A DNA stretch of 63,517 bases, counting the filler, from Octopus bimaculoides (Eukaryota), in the NCBI RefSeq assembly GCF_001194135.2. It is 6 parts of 5 records of this genome, joined end to end, with 100 filler letters (N's around TTAATTAATTAA, not from the genome) between each part and the next. Parts side by side here need not be neighbours in the genome. Positions count along the whole stretch, not along the records: positions 1 to 22,179 come from NC_068983.1; 5 more parts are not named here. The stretch is one strand, 5' to 3'. This document shows positions 1 through 11,767 of the stretch, in pieces. Made by a program: the position numbers and the translations under genes. The number at the start of each line of letters is the position of its first letter. Position 1 is the first letter of the stretch. Under the pieces are notes generated by a model. The model was not told the origin of the DNA and did not search any database. It worked only from the letters and a program-made list of their open reading frames with translations.

Positions 1-166
1 TCTTTCTCTCTTTCGTTCACTTATGTTCACTCCGCCTCTTCAAAATATTCGTTCCTTATCAAACGTTTCAACCCTTTATCACTTTTTCTTTCCTCTCTTT
101 CCATTTCTGATTTTCGTTATTCTTTCTTATCATCTCTGACTCTATTCCCTCCCCAAATCTCTCTCT

Positions 167-581
167 CTCTCTTTGTCTCTCTCTCTCTCTTTCTCTCTCT
201 CTCTTTCTCTCTCAATAATCCTTTTCTGTCTCTCTTTCTCAATAATCTTTCTCTCTCACTCTTTCTCTCAATAATCTTTTACTCTTTCTCTGCCTCCCTC
301 TCTTTCGCTCGTGCACGCACTCCTTCTCTGTTACCACCTCTCTTTCTCTCCCATTGCCTCCACCTCTCTCTTCCTCTCTCTCTCATTGCCTCCACCTCTC
401 TCTTCCTCTCTCTCTCTTGATTGTATTTCTTCTTTCTCTCTTTCAATTTTTTGCTCCATTGACTATTTTCCCTATCACTTAATCACCTCACTCTCTTTAT
501 TTTTCTATTACTTTCTCTCTTTTCTTCTTATTTTCTGTCTCCCTTCCTCCCTTTCTTTCTTTCTTTCTTTCCTTCTTTATT

Positions 582-613
<32 letters not shown>

Positions 614-617
614 TTTC
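167..617. repeat. (CT)n / (TTTC)n pyrimidine-rich low-complexity tract
   Basis: Direct reading: (TC)n at about 167-214 and (TTTC)n at about 547-617 within a C/T-rich block. Confidence 0.9.
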
Positions 618-728
618 TTTGACCAACGATTTCAGAATTTCTCGAATTTCCCCATTCGCTCTTGATTTTTTCCTCCTTCTCTCAGTAAAATATCTTTCTC
701 TCTCTCTCTCTCACCCTTTCCCTCTTTC

Positions 729-730
729 AC

Positions 731-763
<33 letters not shown>

Positions 764-1133
764 CATACATACAAACATACATACATACATACATACATAC
801 ATACATGCATTTCTGCTTCTCAATCTCTTTGTATTTCAGCCAATCTTCTTGTGTATAAGTGTATGTATAGAAGCATGTATAGATATGTGTTTGTAAGTGA
901 GTGTATATGTGTCTGCATGGATGTATACGTATGTACATGTATACACAGTTGTAAGAATGCTTGTATAATTATATGAATCTATACGTGCATATGTAGATGT
1001 CTATATGAGTACATACAAATATGTGTGTATGTATACATATATATATATACACACACATATATATACATATATATATGTATGTATGTGTATATATATGTAT
1101 GTACGTGTATATATATGCATGTATATATATATG

Positions 1134-1174
<41 letters not shown>
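729..1174. repeat. (TACA)n and (TA)n/(TATG)n microsatellites running into a gap
   Basis: Direct reading; gives the YIHT/VCMY artefact ORFs. Confidence 0.9.
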
Positions 1175-1744
1175 NNNNNNNNNNNNNNNNNNNNNNNNNN
1201 NNNNNNNNNNNNNNNNNNNNNNNNNNNNNNNNNNNNNNNNNNNNNNNNNNNNNNNNNNNNNNNNNNNNNNNNNNNNNNNNNNNNNNNNNNNNNNNNNNNN
1301 NNNNNNNNNNNNNNNNNNNNNNNNNNNNNNNNNNNNNNNNNNNNNNNNNNNNNNNNNNNNNNNNNNNNNNNNNNNNNNNNNNNNNNNNNNNNNNNNNNNN
1401 NNNNNNNNNNNNNNNNNNNNNNNNNNNNNNNNNNNNNNNNNNNNNNNNNNNNNNNNNNNNNNNNNNNNNNNNATTTGCAAATTGTCTAATGCACAGTGGC
1501 CGCGGTTGGACCTTCGGTCACCATCAATAATAGCTTACATTTGACAGATGTCAGCTCCTTTACAGCTATAATAAAAAGAAGAAAAGATAAAAAAAAAGAC
1601 AAATAAACATACAAACAAAGAAAAATAAATAATGGCGGCGGAGAACACTGATTCATTGCCAAATCAAAAGACCTTACTACGATTCTTTGTTTGGTTGTTG
1701 GTGTCACACACAAACAACCACCGACCGGCACACCAGTTCTTCAA

Positions 1745-2109
1745 CACTGCCACCACGACCACCACCACCACCACAAACCACGGCCGACACCACCGTTACC
1801 ACCACCACCGCCACTACAGCCACCAACCACCAGAATCATCTTCATTATCCTCGTCGTCGTCGTCGTCGTCGTCCTCTTTGTCATCATCGCCGTCATCACA
1901 ACCACCACCACTGCTATCGTCTTCTTCTTCTTCATCATCATCATCATCATCATTGTCATTATCATTATCTTCCACTTCCTCCGCCTCATCTTCCTCATCA
2001 TCATCGTCATCGTCATCACCATCATCATCATCATCGTCATCGTCATTGTCGTTGGGATGATGACGAAGAAGATTATTATTGATGATTATTATGATTTTTT
2101 TAGCAGCAA

Positions 2110-2184
<75 letters not shown>

Positions 2185-2191
2185 TAGTAGT

Positions 2192-2264
<73 letters not shown>

Positions 2265-2693
2265 TCGACCAGCCCCCTCCTTCACGAAGTTACTGGCCTT
2301 GAGCCAAAATTTGTAACTATCATCATCATCATTATTATTATTATTATTATTAGCAGCAGCAGCAGCAGCGGCGGCGGCGGCGATACCATCATCCTCATCA
2401 GCATCATCGTTGCCGTTGGGATGAAGGTGGTCGTGTGGTGGTCGGCTATTATCCCCCTAGTTCGTTCCAAGGGGCTAATTTCAAGGGTGAAATAGGAAAT
2501 AGAAATAAAACAATTCAATCGCAACATTAAAATAAATGGAAGAAATCATGAACAACAACAGCAACAACAACAACAACAACGACGATGGCGGGGACGACGA
2601 TGATGGTAATGATGATGAGACGATGATGATGATGATGATGATGTTGATGATGGTTGTGGTGGTGGTGGTGGTGATGGTGGTGGTGGTGGTGGT
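1745..2693. repeat. Compound trinucleotide microsatellite cluster (CAC, CAT, TCG, TCT, AGT, AGC, GGC, AAC, GAT, GGT)
   Basis: Successive triplet runs; long pure (AGT)n/(AGC)n alternation at about 2109-2263. Confidence 0.9.
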
Positions 2694-3093
2694 AATAGAG
2701 ATAAAAAATGGATTTGTTGTCTTAAAATTTTATGTCGCTGACTTTATTGTCATTAAAAAGTGTGGATACAATATGGTGATTTTCACGAGCGCGCGCACAC
2801 AATTTTATAAGCATGTACAAATGTATATATGTGAGTTTATATATANNNNNNNNNNNNNNNNNNNNNNNNNNNNNNNNNNNNNNNNNNNNNNNNNNNNNNN
2901 NNNNNNNNNNNNNNNNNNNNNNNNNNNNNNNNNNNNNNNNNNNNNNNNNNNNNNNNNNNNNNNNNNNNNNNNNNNNNNNNNNNNNNNNNNNNNNNNNNNN
3001 NNNNNNNNNNNNNNNNNNNNNNNNNNNNNNNNNNNNNNNNNNNNNNNNNNNNNNNNNNNNNNNNNNNNNNNNNNNNNNNNNNNNNNNNNNNNN

Positions 3094-3137
<44 letters not shown>

Positions 3138-3337
3138 TGTATTTGTCCCCCCAACATTGCTTGACAACCGATGCTGGTGTGTTTACGTCCCCGTAATTTA
3201 GCGGTTCGGCTAAAGAGACCGATAGAATAAGTACTAGGCTTACAAAGAATAAGTTCTGGAGTCAATTAGCTCGACTATAAGGTGGTGCTCCAGCATGGCC
3301 GCAGTCAAATGACTGAAACAAGTAAAAGAGTAAAAGA
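3094..3337 (+). mobile_element. SINE family O, 3' half (after the internal (TG)n tract)
   Basis: tttgtccccccaacattgcttgacaaccgatgctggtgtgtttacgtcccc...ggtgctccagcatggccgcagtcaaatgactgaaacaagtaaaagag; matches 33104-33316, the minus copy at 37221-37438 and the 3' part of 7448-7797. Confidence 0.85.
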
Positions 3338-3525
3338 CTAATATAGATATATGTGGATGGATGGATGGATGGATGGATGGATGGATGGATGGATGTTTAT
3401 CTTATTGGTAATAGCAGCATTTGAAAATGAAGTACCAGTCATGTACTAAGGTCAATGTACTAAGGCGAAAATTGCTGACTTTGCACCAATTTGTGAAACA
3501 TTATTATGAAGAGAGTATTATAAAT

Positions 3526-3657
3526 TCCTTTCTATTATAGGCACGAGGTCTGAAATTTGTGGGGCGGGTACTAGTCGATTACAATGCCCCCAATGCTTTG
3601 CTGGTACTTATTTTATCGACCCCCAAAAGGATGAAGGGGAAAGTGCACCTCGATGGA
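3526..3657 (-). mobile_element. SINE family N (Nin/Deu-domain), old partial copy
   Basis: Reverse complement contains gaggtgcactttccccttcatccttttgggggtcgataaaataagtaccag, the family core. Confidence 0.75.
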
Positions 3658-3766
3658 TTAAAACAGTGTTATAAGTTAAACTCTATTGTTGGCGAAAGTG
3701 TTACCGGACCTTTTCATGCGATTAATCTTTCCTACACCGATACGCATTGGATTGCCCTAATATATA

Positions 3767-3812
<46 letters not shown>

Positions 3813-4115
3813 NNNNNNNNNNNNNNNNNNNNNNNNNNNNNNNNNNNNNNNNNNNNNNNNNNNNNNNNNNNNNNNNNNNNNNNNNNNNNNNNNNNNNNNN
3901 NNNNNNNNNNNNNNNNNNNNNNNNNNNNNNNNNNNNNNNNNNNNNNNNNNNNNNNNNNNNNNNNNNNNNNNNNNNNNNNNNNNNNNNNNNNNNNNNNNNN
4001 NNNNNNNNNNNNNNNNNNNNNNNNNNNNNNNNNNNNNNNNNNNNNNNNNNNNNNNNNNNNNNNNNNNNNNNNNNNNNNNNNNNNNNNNNNNNNNNNNNNN
4101 NNNNNNNNNNNNGTA

Positions 4116-5385
4116 TCAGGTCATTAAGAATGAAATGTCCGATTTTCTTCAAGTTTGACAGTCGTTAACTCTAATGTTTTATCTTGACAATTCTTTGTTT
4201 TACAACGTTGGAGAGTTACATCATCACTTTTCGAAATGCAATTCATGATGTCTGATTATATTGTGATTTTTCTCTTATAAATGAACTTTTGTGAACACAT
4301 GAATAAATTAAAAATTCGTGTTGCTTATGAATATTCCGTCGTGGAACCAATGCATCCCAGACCGCCCGAAACATTAATGAGGTGTTTGGTGAAGATGTGG
4401 CGAATGAGCACACTGTATGTCGATGGTTTGAGAAGTTCTGGTCCGGTGACTTTACTCTTGAAAATCAGCCCTGTGGTAGACCTGATACCAAGGTAGATAA
4501 TGGTGAGCTGGAAACTGGTGGATGTGGTACATCTCAAACTACGCGTGAGTTAGCAGCAAGGTTTGATGTTTCGATTCCAACTGTATTGGACCATCTGAAT
4601 CAAATCGGCAAGGTAAAGAAGCTGAATGAACAAGTGGGAACCACACGGACTGAACAAGCATCAAATGACACGTCGTCTTGAAACTTGCTGTTCTTTGCTG
4701 TCATGGCATAAAGGCGAACCATTTTTGCATCGTATTGTTACGTATGATGAAAAATGGATTCTTTTCAATAATAGCAAGCGTTCTGCACAGTGGTTGGAAA
4801 GAGACGAAGTGCCAAAACACAATACAAAAAAGAATATTCACTGGAAAAAAAGCTAATGGTGTGTTTGGCGTTCCAGCGCTGGTGTCATCCATTACAGCTT
4901 CATGAGACCTGGTAAGTCAATTACAGTGGATGTATACATCAACCAATTGGATGAAGTGATGAGTGAACTTGCAATTAAACAACTGAGATTGATTAATAGA
5001 GAAAGGCCAATTTTCTTGCATGACAATGCTCGACTACATGTTGCACAAAGGACGCTACTCAAGTTACAGAAACTGAACTTGGAAGTACTCTGTCATCCAC
5101 CATATTCATCAGCCTTTGCACCAACGGACTATCACGTTTTCCAGGCATTAGCTTTTAGCAAGGAAAAAAATTTCAAATCCGAAGATACAAAAACAGCCTT
5201 TTGTGATTTTATCACCTCTTGCTCTCCAGAATTCTTCGCTGCCGGCATAAATAAGCTAACGATAAAATAGCAAAATTGTGTCGATAATTTAGGTGCATAC
5301 CTTGATTAACTGCATTGCTTTTTGTTGCGAGAAAGTAAAATAAACTTTCAGTTCAAAATTGGATATTTCATTCTTAATGACCTGA
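4116..5385 (+). mobile_element. Full-length mariner transposon, Hsmar1-like (cecropia-type), about 1270 bp
   Basis: TIRs tcaggtcattaagaatgaaatgtccgatttt (4116-4146) and the reverse complement of 5355-5385 match 29/31; TA on both sides (4114-4115, 5386-5387); decayed transposase inside. Confidence 0.97.
4299..5309 (+). pseudogene. Frameshifted DD34D mariner transposase
   Basis: Joined frames give MNKLKIRV..RRGTNASQTARNINEVFGEDVANEHTVCRWFEKF..GKVKKL/KWEPHGL..PFLHRIVTYDEKWILF..HDNARLHVAQ..LCHPPYSSAFAPTDYH..CVDNLGAYLD*. WVPHEL-like and YSPDLAP-like motifs and all three catalytic Asp are present; several frameshifts and a stop. Confidence 0.95.
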
Positions 5386-6151
5386 TATATATATATATTA
5401 ATAATTGTCGAAGTTGAGATGATTTTTGATTGATAACTGACGAAGGACTAAGCATGCCAGCATCCATTGTGTGTTTTCCTCTTTTCCGCACGTTGCTTAG
5501 TCATCCCCAGTACCACATTTTTATTGCACACACACACACACATACACAAACACACACACGTATGTACGTATGCGCGTATGTATATAGGAATATTTGTTCG
5601 TATATAACATATGAAAGAAAGAGAAGATGGAATACACCCAAATTTAAAATTATTACTCACATACCCAATTTTAAAATTATATCTTATTTGTAGGTATATA
5701 TATATATATGTTTGCATGTAAGCTTGTATGCTTGTTGATGGAAAATTTTAAACCAGTATTTCTTTCCTCCGTCTGATATACACCCTCATTCAAAAAATAC
5801 TGGTTTTACGAAGCACTCCTGCGCCTATGGCACGTGTGTATATATGTGTGTGTGCGTGTGTGTGCGTGCGTGTGTGTGCGTGTGTGTGTGTGCGTGTGTG
5901 CGCACACGTATATATATATANNNNNNNNNNNNNNNNNNNNNNNNNNNNNNNNNNNNNNNNNNNNNNNNNNNNNNNNNNNNNNNNNNNNNNNNNNNNNNNN
6001 NNNNNNNNNNNNNNNNNNNNNNNNNNNNNNNNNNNNNNNNNNNNNNNNNNNNNNNNNNNNNNNNNNNNNNNNNNNNNNNNNNNNNNNNNNNNNNNNNNNN
6101 NNNNNNNNNNNNNNNNNNNNNNNNNNNNNNNNNNNNNNNNNNNNNNNNNNN

Positions 6152-6186
<35 letters not shown>

Positions 6187-6188
6187 TA

Positions 6189-6352
6189 CGACGGGCTTCT
6201 TTCAGTTTACGTCTACCAAATCCACTCACAAGGCTTTGGTCGGCCCGAGGCTATAGTAGAAGACACTTGCCCAAGGTGTCACGCAGTGGGACTGACCCCG
6301 GAACCATGCGGTTCGTAAGCCAGCTACTTACCGCATAGCCACTCCTACGCCT
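6189..6352 (-). mobile_element. SINE family O, tRNA-derived 5' half
   Basis: Reverse complement reads taggcgtaggagtggctatgcggtaag (A box), ggtcagtccc (B-box-like), caccttgggcaagtgtctt (CORE-like), aactgaaagaagcccgtcg, then (TA)n. Confidence 0.9.
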
Positions 6353-6954
6353 ATATTCTATACTTACCACACAGTCACTCCTACGCCTATATATATATAT
6401 TGTTCCAAACTGCTGTACGTTTCATTTTATTTTTTTATATCAAAAGAATGCGGAAAGTATTGGAGGTATTTATTAATTCAATATAAAAAATTTCTAGGCA
6501 CAAAGGCGGAATTTGTTTAGATCATAATTTCAAAAAGATTTCGTAAACCTTTTGAAAGAAGGAGGAGGAGGAAGAGTGGGGTTATGGTCTGTTCCAATTT
6601 TTTTTTATATATCAAAAGAATGCGGTAAGTATTGGGGTATTCATCTATCTATAAAATTCATACGCTGAACCGTTTCATTGGAGAAAAGAAAGAAAGAAAA
6701 AAAAGAAATTATTTGTGAGTAGCTAAGGGAAACGATTTAGTTAAGAAAAACGGAGAGGCAGTAAAAGTGTTTGCAATGACGTTATACTATGCTTATCTAT
6801 CGATAAGTTACTGTATTTACCAGCGAATAAGACTTGCTTGCTTTTAATTTTTAATGATATCAAAAAAATTACTCTACATCAAATGCGACCGTATAAGCAT
6901 AAGTCCGCTAGGAACAATAATTGTTACTAATAACTATGATTGCTACGAATAACG

Positions 6955-7111
6955 GTTTTAAATTTTGACACAAGACCAACAATTTCGAAGAATGGGCTAA
7001 GTCGATCAGATCGACCCCAGTGCTCAACTGGGACTTATTTTATTGATCCCGAAAGAATAAGATGAAAATAAAAGGTAAAATTGACCTTGGCGAAATTTGA
7101 ATTCAGAACGT
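6955..7111 (-). mobile_element. SINE family N, old copy
   Basis: gatcgaccccagtgctcaactgggacttattttattgatcccgaaag...ttgaccttggcgaaatttgaattcagaacg is the reverse complement of the family core. Confidence 0.75.
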
Positions 7112-7447
7112 ACACGTGGAGAGGGGTCATATTATCTTATTTTACTTCCTTCTCCAGCAAACATAATCCACACCTGTTAAACGTTGTTACCTTTAAAAGC
7201 CATTTGTATATTATCTCAATGAAACATTCTGCAAGAAAATTTGAAGAAATATTAAACTTTCATCGATAATGTTAACCGATCACGGTTGCACAAAAATAAT
7301 CACAGACTGGTATACGAGTTTTACATTCGGTATGGCAATTCTCTTGACCAAACTGTTGATAACTATAAAGCCGATCTGAAAGGTAATAAAGTTGAAGTAT
7401 GATATTAATATGACATTATTCATGATAAGTTTAAAGTTTTATTCTTA

Positions 7448-7797
7448 AGGTGCAGGAGTATCTGTGTTGTAGGAAGTTAGCTTCCAGTCATATGGTTCCG
7501 GGTTCAATTCCACTGCATGGAACCTTGGGCAAGTGTCTTTTGCTAGAGGCTCAATCCAACCAAAACCCTGTGAGTGGATTCAGTGGACAGAAACCGAAAG
7601 AAACCCGTCATGTGTGAGTGTGTGTGTGTGTGTTTGTACCCATCATCACTTGGCAACCGATGTTGGTGTGTTTACGTCCCTATAACATAGCAGTTGGGCA
7701 AAAAGAGAAAAATAGTACCAGGCTTAACAAAAAGAACGATTTGTCCGACTAAAATTCTTCATGGCCGCAGTCTAATGATTGAAATTAGTAAAAAGAC
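7448..7797 (+). mobile_element. SINE family O, full-length diverged copy: head, CORE-like block, internal (TG)n, 3' half
   Basis: aggtgcaggag..ggttcaattcc..accttgggcaagtgtct..gaaagaaacccgtc(tg)n..ggcaaccgatgttggtgtgtttacgtccc..catggccgcagtctaatg..gtaaaaagac. Confidence 0.85.
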
Positions 7798-8086
7798 TTT
7801 TTTTTAAAGCGATATATTGTCTTATATTTAGATTTATAATAATTTAAAGTTAAAAGTATTGTAAATGAAGTATAGAATTTAATTTCATATTTGAAATTTA
7901 TAGAGTTGGATGATTAATTCAAAATACTATAACAGTTTCATCAAATTTCGATAAAAATAAAACTAGGAGCATTTTGAAAAAAAATCTCTTGCAAGCAAAT
8001 GTGCTGATCATGTAAACCAGTATCTTCAAAGGGCTGCCTCAAGAGTGCTGGTTGAATAATAATGAGTAATAATGAGATTAGTCATA

Positions 8087-8310
8087 CAGTAATCCCTCAC
8101 TATCGTGGCTGTTACGTTCCACCCCACCTCCCTGCGATAGGTGAAAATCCGCGAAGTAGAAACAGTACTGTACTGTATATTTTTGAAATCATTTTTATAA
8201 TTTGTATATATTTAGTTTATTATAAATGCAAAACAAAACCACGGAGGAATCGGCGTAAGCTTAAATAGTAAACCACGATAGGTGAACCGTGATATGGCGA
8301 AGGATTACTG
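8087..8310. mobile_element. Tigger/pogo-like MITE, 224 bp
   Basis: Imperfect TIRs of about 24 bp (left cagtaatccctcactatcgtgg; right end reverse-complements to cagtaatccttcgccatatcacgg); TA on both sides (8085-8086, 8311-8312); internal repeat cgataggtgaa twice; no coding capacity. Confidence 0.8.
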
Positions 8311-8340
8311 TAATTACAATCGATTATGTATATAATATAA

Positions 8341-8375
<35 letters not shown>

Positions 8376-8385
8376 CGTAAAGCAT

Positions 8386-8463
8386 TATCAGTGACAATTC
8401 AAATAGTCGTTCCTCCTACACCTATAACTGTTAGAGGAACGACTATTTGAAATGTCACCGATA
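8386..8463. other. Near-perfect 30-bp inverted repeat (pre-miRNA-sized hairpin)
   Basis: Arms 8386-8415 and 8434-8463 pair at 28/30 positions around an 18-nt loop. Confidence 0.9.
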
Positions 8464-8676
8464 TTGATTTCTATTATTCTTTCAAATGTATTCTACTCTG
8501 TTCATCCGTTATAGTCTATTCCGAAATAACGTGTAACATTGTACGTAGATATGCATTTATTCGTGAATTTGCATTGTTTAACAGGATATACTATACTGTG
8601 CACTAATACAAGATTATTTGTTGTGCCGCAACAGATAGATAGCTAAATAGATAGTTAGCTAGATAGACAGACAGAC

Positions 8677-8708
<32 letters not shown>

Positions 8709-9091
8709 TGTTGTTGGCATTCCGTCGCTTACGACGTCGAGGGTTCCAGTTGATCCGATCAACGGAACAGCCTGCTCGTGAAATTAATGTGCAAGTGGCT
8801 GAGCACTCCACAGACACGTGTACCCTTAACGTAGTTCTCGGGGATATTCAGCGTGACACAGTGTGACTTGGCTGACCCTTTGAATTACAGGCACAACAGA
8901 AACAGGAAGTAAGAGTGAGAGAAAGTTGTGGTGAAAGAGTACAGCAGGGTTCGCCACCATCCCCTGCCGGAGCCTCGTTGAGCTTTAGGTGTTTTCGCTC
9001 AATAAACACTCACAGCGCTCGGTCTGGGAATCGAAACCGTGATCCTATGACCACGAGTCCGCTGCCCTGACCACTGGGCCATTGCGCCTCC
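8709..9091 (-). mobile_element. SINE family R (tRNA-derived head), full length, inserted in a (GATA)n tract
   Basis: Reverse complement head ggaggcgcaatggcccagtgg (A box)..ggtttcgattccc (B box); (aac)n tail; highly similar to 13613-13986. Confidence 0.92.
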
Positions 9092-9469
9092 ACAGATAGA
9101 TAGATAGATAGAAACGAAAAATGCTTTGGAAATTAAAAAAAGAACACTTGACTATAAATTGACTATAAATTGACTAATCTCAAATAGGAATTAAACTTTA
9201 CGCAAAAAGCTCACTCGAAATCTATCAGCGGTCTACTGATAGCTAATGGAACGATCTATAAAAAAATTACTGATGCTTCTTCTAAGGAGAGCAGGTTCAT
9301 TCTGGAGAAACATTTGGAGCGATAAGAATGATCTGATTTGGCTTCAAAAATTCTAACGAATTGTTGTCCCTGTATTACACTAAGAGCATCTAGTTATGTT
9401 ACTAGATCTTTTAAGTAGATGCCTGGGATGAGAAAGAACTGGCGTTCTTAGGCAAATAAAGTAACTAAC

Positions 9470-9641
9470 TGTTATGTCTCAACGCTACTGCTATCTAACA
9501 CCTTCGGATGATTTCTACTCAACCGCTACACAACTGCTACTCGACCGCTACTCAACACACCTACCACGGCCAGACTACCTCTATTTATATGTCTTGGGAG
9601 ATCCTACTTCTTCGCCTGGGTTCGTCGACACAACACTAACA
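9470..9641. mobile_element. Possible solo LTR of about 170 bp
   Basis: Ends TGTTA...TAACA; tataaatag TATA-like motif on the minus strand; GC-richer than its flanks; no clean TSD. Confidence 0.3.
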
Positions 9642-10156
9642 TACTCTGCAAATATAATTTGTAAGCTAAACAGTGAAAGTAAGGAAAGATTTTCTGAAAT
9701 TCAGCTTGCAACTTTTCACCGTTATCATCAAAACTGCGATGATATAGTTTTGTTCTTTTGAAAGAAAATAACTCCTTTCTACATCAGAAGAATTAAAAAA
9801 TTATACTCCATGTATTTTTTTTTTTCACAAAGAATATTACTTTGTAAGCCCCAGTATTACAACATTGGTTAATAATTTGAGACCAATTCCTTCTCTATTA
9901 GAGAAATTAATGAATTATTAATAGAGAAAATAATATTTAGAGAAATAAATATTCTCTTCCTGATTGGCGATTTGCTGTTTACTTTGACTAACAACCTGCT
10001 TCGTAGAGAAGAAAGGATATATAATGTGATAATATAATATATAATATTTTTTTTACACACGCACACATATATATACATGTATGTACATATTAAAAACAAA
10101 CACTATATAAATGCATATGCATACATACAGTTACATAGATAGATAGATAGATAGAC

Positions 10157-10204
<48 letters not shown>

Positions 10205-10946
10205 NNNNNNNNNNNNNNNNNNNNNNNNNNNNNNNNNNNNNNNNNNNNNNNNNNNNNNNNNNNNNNNNNNNNNNNNNNNNNNNNNNNNNNNNNNNNNNNN
10301 NNNNNNNNNNNNNNNNNNNNNNNNNNNNNNNNNNNNNNNNNNNNNNNNNNNNNNNNNNNNNNNNNNNNNNNNNNNNNNNNNNNNNNNNNNNNNNNNNNNN
10401 NNNNNNNNNNNNNNNNNNNNNNNNNNNNNNNNNNNNNNNNNNNNNNNNNNNNNNNNNNNNNNNNNNNNNNNNNNNNNNNNNNNNNNNNNNNNNNNNNNNN
10501 NNNNNNNNNNNNNNNNNNNNNNNNNNNNNNNNNNNNNNNNNNNNNNNNNNNNNNNNNNNNNNNNNNNNNNNNNNNNNNNNNNNNNNNNNNNNNNNNNNNN
10601 NNNNNNNNNNNNNNNNNNNNNNNNNNNNNNNNNNNNNNNNNNNNNNNNNNNNNNNNNNNNNNNNNNNNNNNNNNNNNNNNNNNNNNNNNNNNNNNNNNNN
10701 NNNNNNNNNNNNNNNNNNNNNNNNNNNNNNNNNNNNNNNNNNNNNNNNNNNNNNNNNNNNNNNNNNNNNNNNNNNNNNNNNNNNNNNNNNNNNNNNNNNN
10801 NNNNNNNNNNNNNNNNNNNNNNNNNNNNNNNNNNNNNNNNNNNNNNNNNNNNNNNNNNNNNNNNNNNNNNNNNNNNNNNNNNNNNNNNNNNNNNNNNNNN
10901 NNNNNNNNNNNNNNNNNNNNNNNNNNNNATATATATATATATATAT

Positions 10947-11053
10947 GCGCAGACGTGGGTGTGTGGTAAGAAGTTTGCTTCCCAACAATGTCGTTCCGGG
11001 TTCAGTTCCACTGAGCAGCACCTTGGCCAAATGTTTTCTAATATAGCCCGTCG
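10947..11053 (+). mobile_element. SINE family O 5' half with an internal deletion
   Basis: gtgtgtggtaagaagtttgcttcccaac..ggttcagttcc..caccttggccaaatg..tatagcccgtcg(ta)n; the deletion falls between two agcc microhomologies. Confidence 0.85.
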
Positions 11054-11075
11054 TATATATATATATATATATATA

Positions 11076-11767
11076 CGTGGTCTGATCAATAAACACCCGG
11101 ACTGTTGCTATAGTAACGAAGCTAAAGCACGCAGTGAGAAGCCGCTTAGCACAGATTGACCTTGAACTTTGTTGTACATGCACACTAAGTTTTAACGTTC
11201 TAGCTCACTTCTGTTGCTTACAGCAGTGCTTGGATGTAAGGTGTGTAGCGTGTGATCATCGATTTGACCATGACAAAGTTGAGCAGAGAATCTACATCGA
11301 AATTTGCCAAAAGCTTGGCGACACCTGCTCAGAGGCCTACGGAATGTTTTCATCGTTCTCGACACAATCAAGGAGATCTTGTACGACTGAAACCCGAGTG
11401 TCTTTTTGGACAGCTAAAAACCGTTTTGGTACAAACTTGGCAGACACACGTCTCACACCCAAATCTTCAGGGATAATGGACTGGACTGAACCGTAACTAA
11501 TCTGCACATCCTCTGATAACTCACGGATGATGATTCGACGATTTCCCCTCACAGCTGCACACACACATCTGCGATGTTTTTCTCAGTTCTGCTGGTTGCG
11601 AGTCTTCCAGAACGTTCGTCAATATTGACATTTTTCGGCCATCTTGGAAACGTTTGAACCACTAGCACATTTGTGTGTTGTTCATACACTCCTCTCCATA
11701 CACTTTCTGCAACATTGCATAGGCCTCTGAGCAGGTATCGCCATGACAACTTTGTCATTGTCAATGC
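11076..11767. mobile_element. Rearranged mariner derivative with two convergent transposase 5' ends
   Basis: TA plus TIR cgtggtctgatcaataaacacccggact at 11076. The + strand gives DHDKVEQRIYIEICQKLGDTCSEAYGMF up to about 11348; the - strand from 11767 gives the same start plus ERSGR..RRVSAKFVPKR..VENDEN. Confidence 0.9.

Noticed and set aside
1632-2495. Long ORFs rich in poly-Ser/His/Thr/Val/Ile
   Set aside because: Fully explained by trinucleotide microsatellites; open in several frames; no domain or convincing splice context.
5434-5502. ctgacgaagg plus a 9-bp inverted repeat gactaagca/tgcttagtc
   Set aside because: No GAAA after a stem II, so not a hammerhead; a short inverted repeat like this is expected by chance.
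10103-11183. Longest ORFs in the track (X-rich; also at 29369, 37183 and 60447)
   Set aside because: Consist of N runs and (TA)n.
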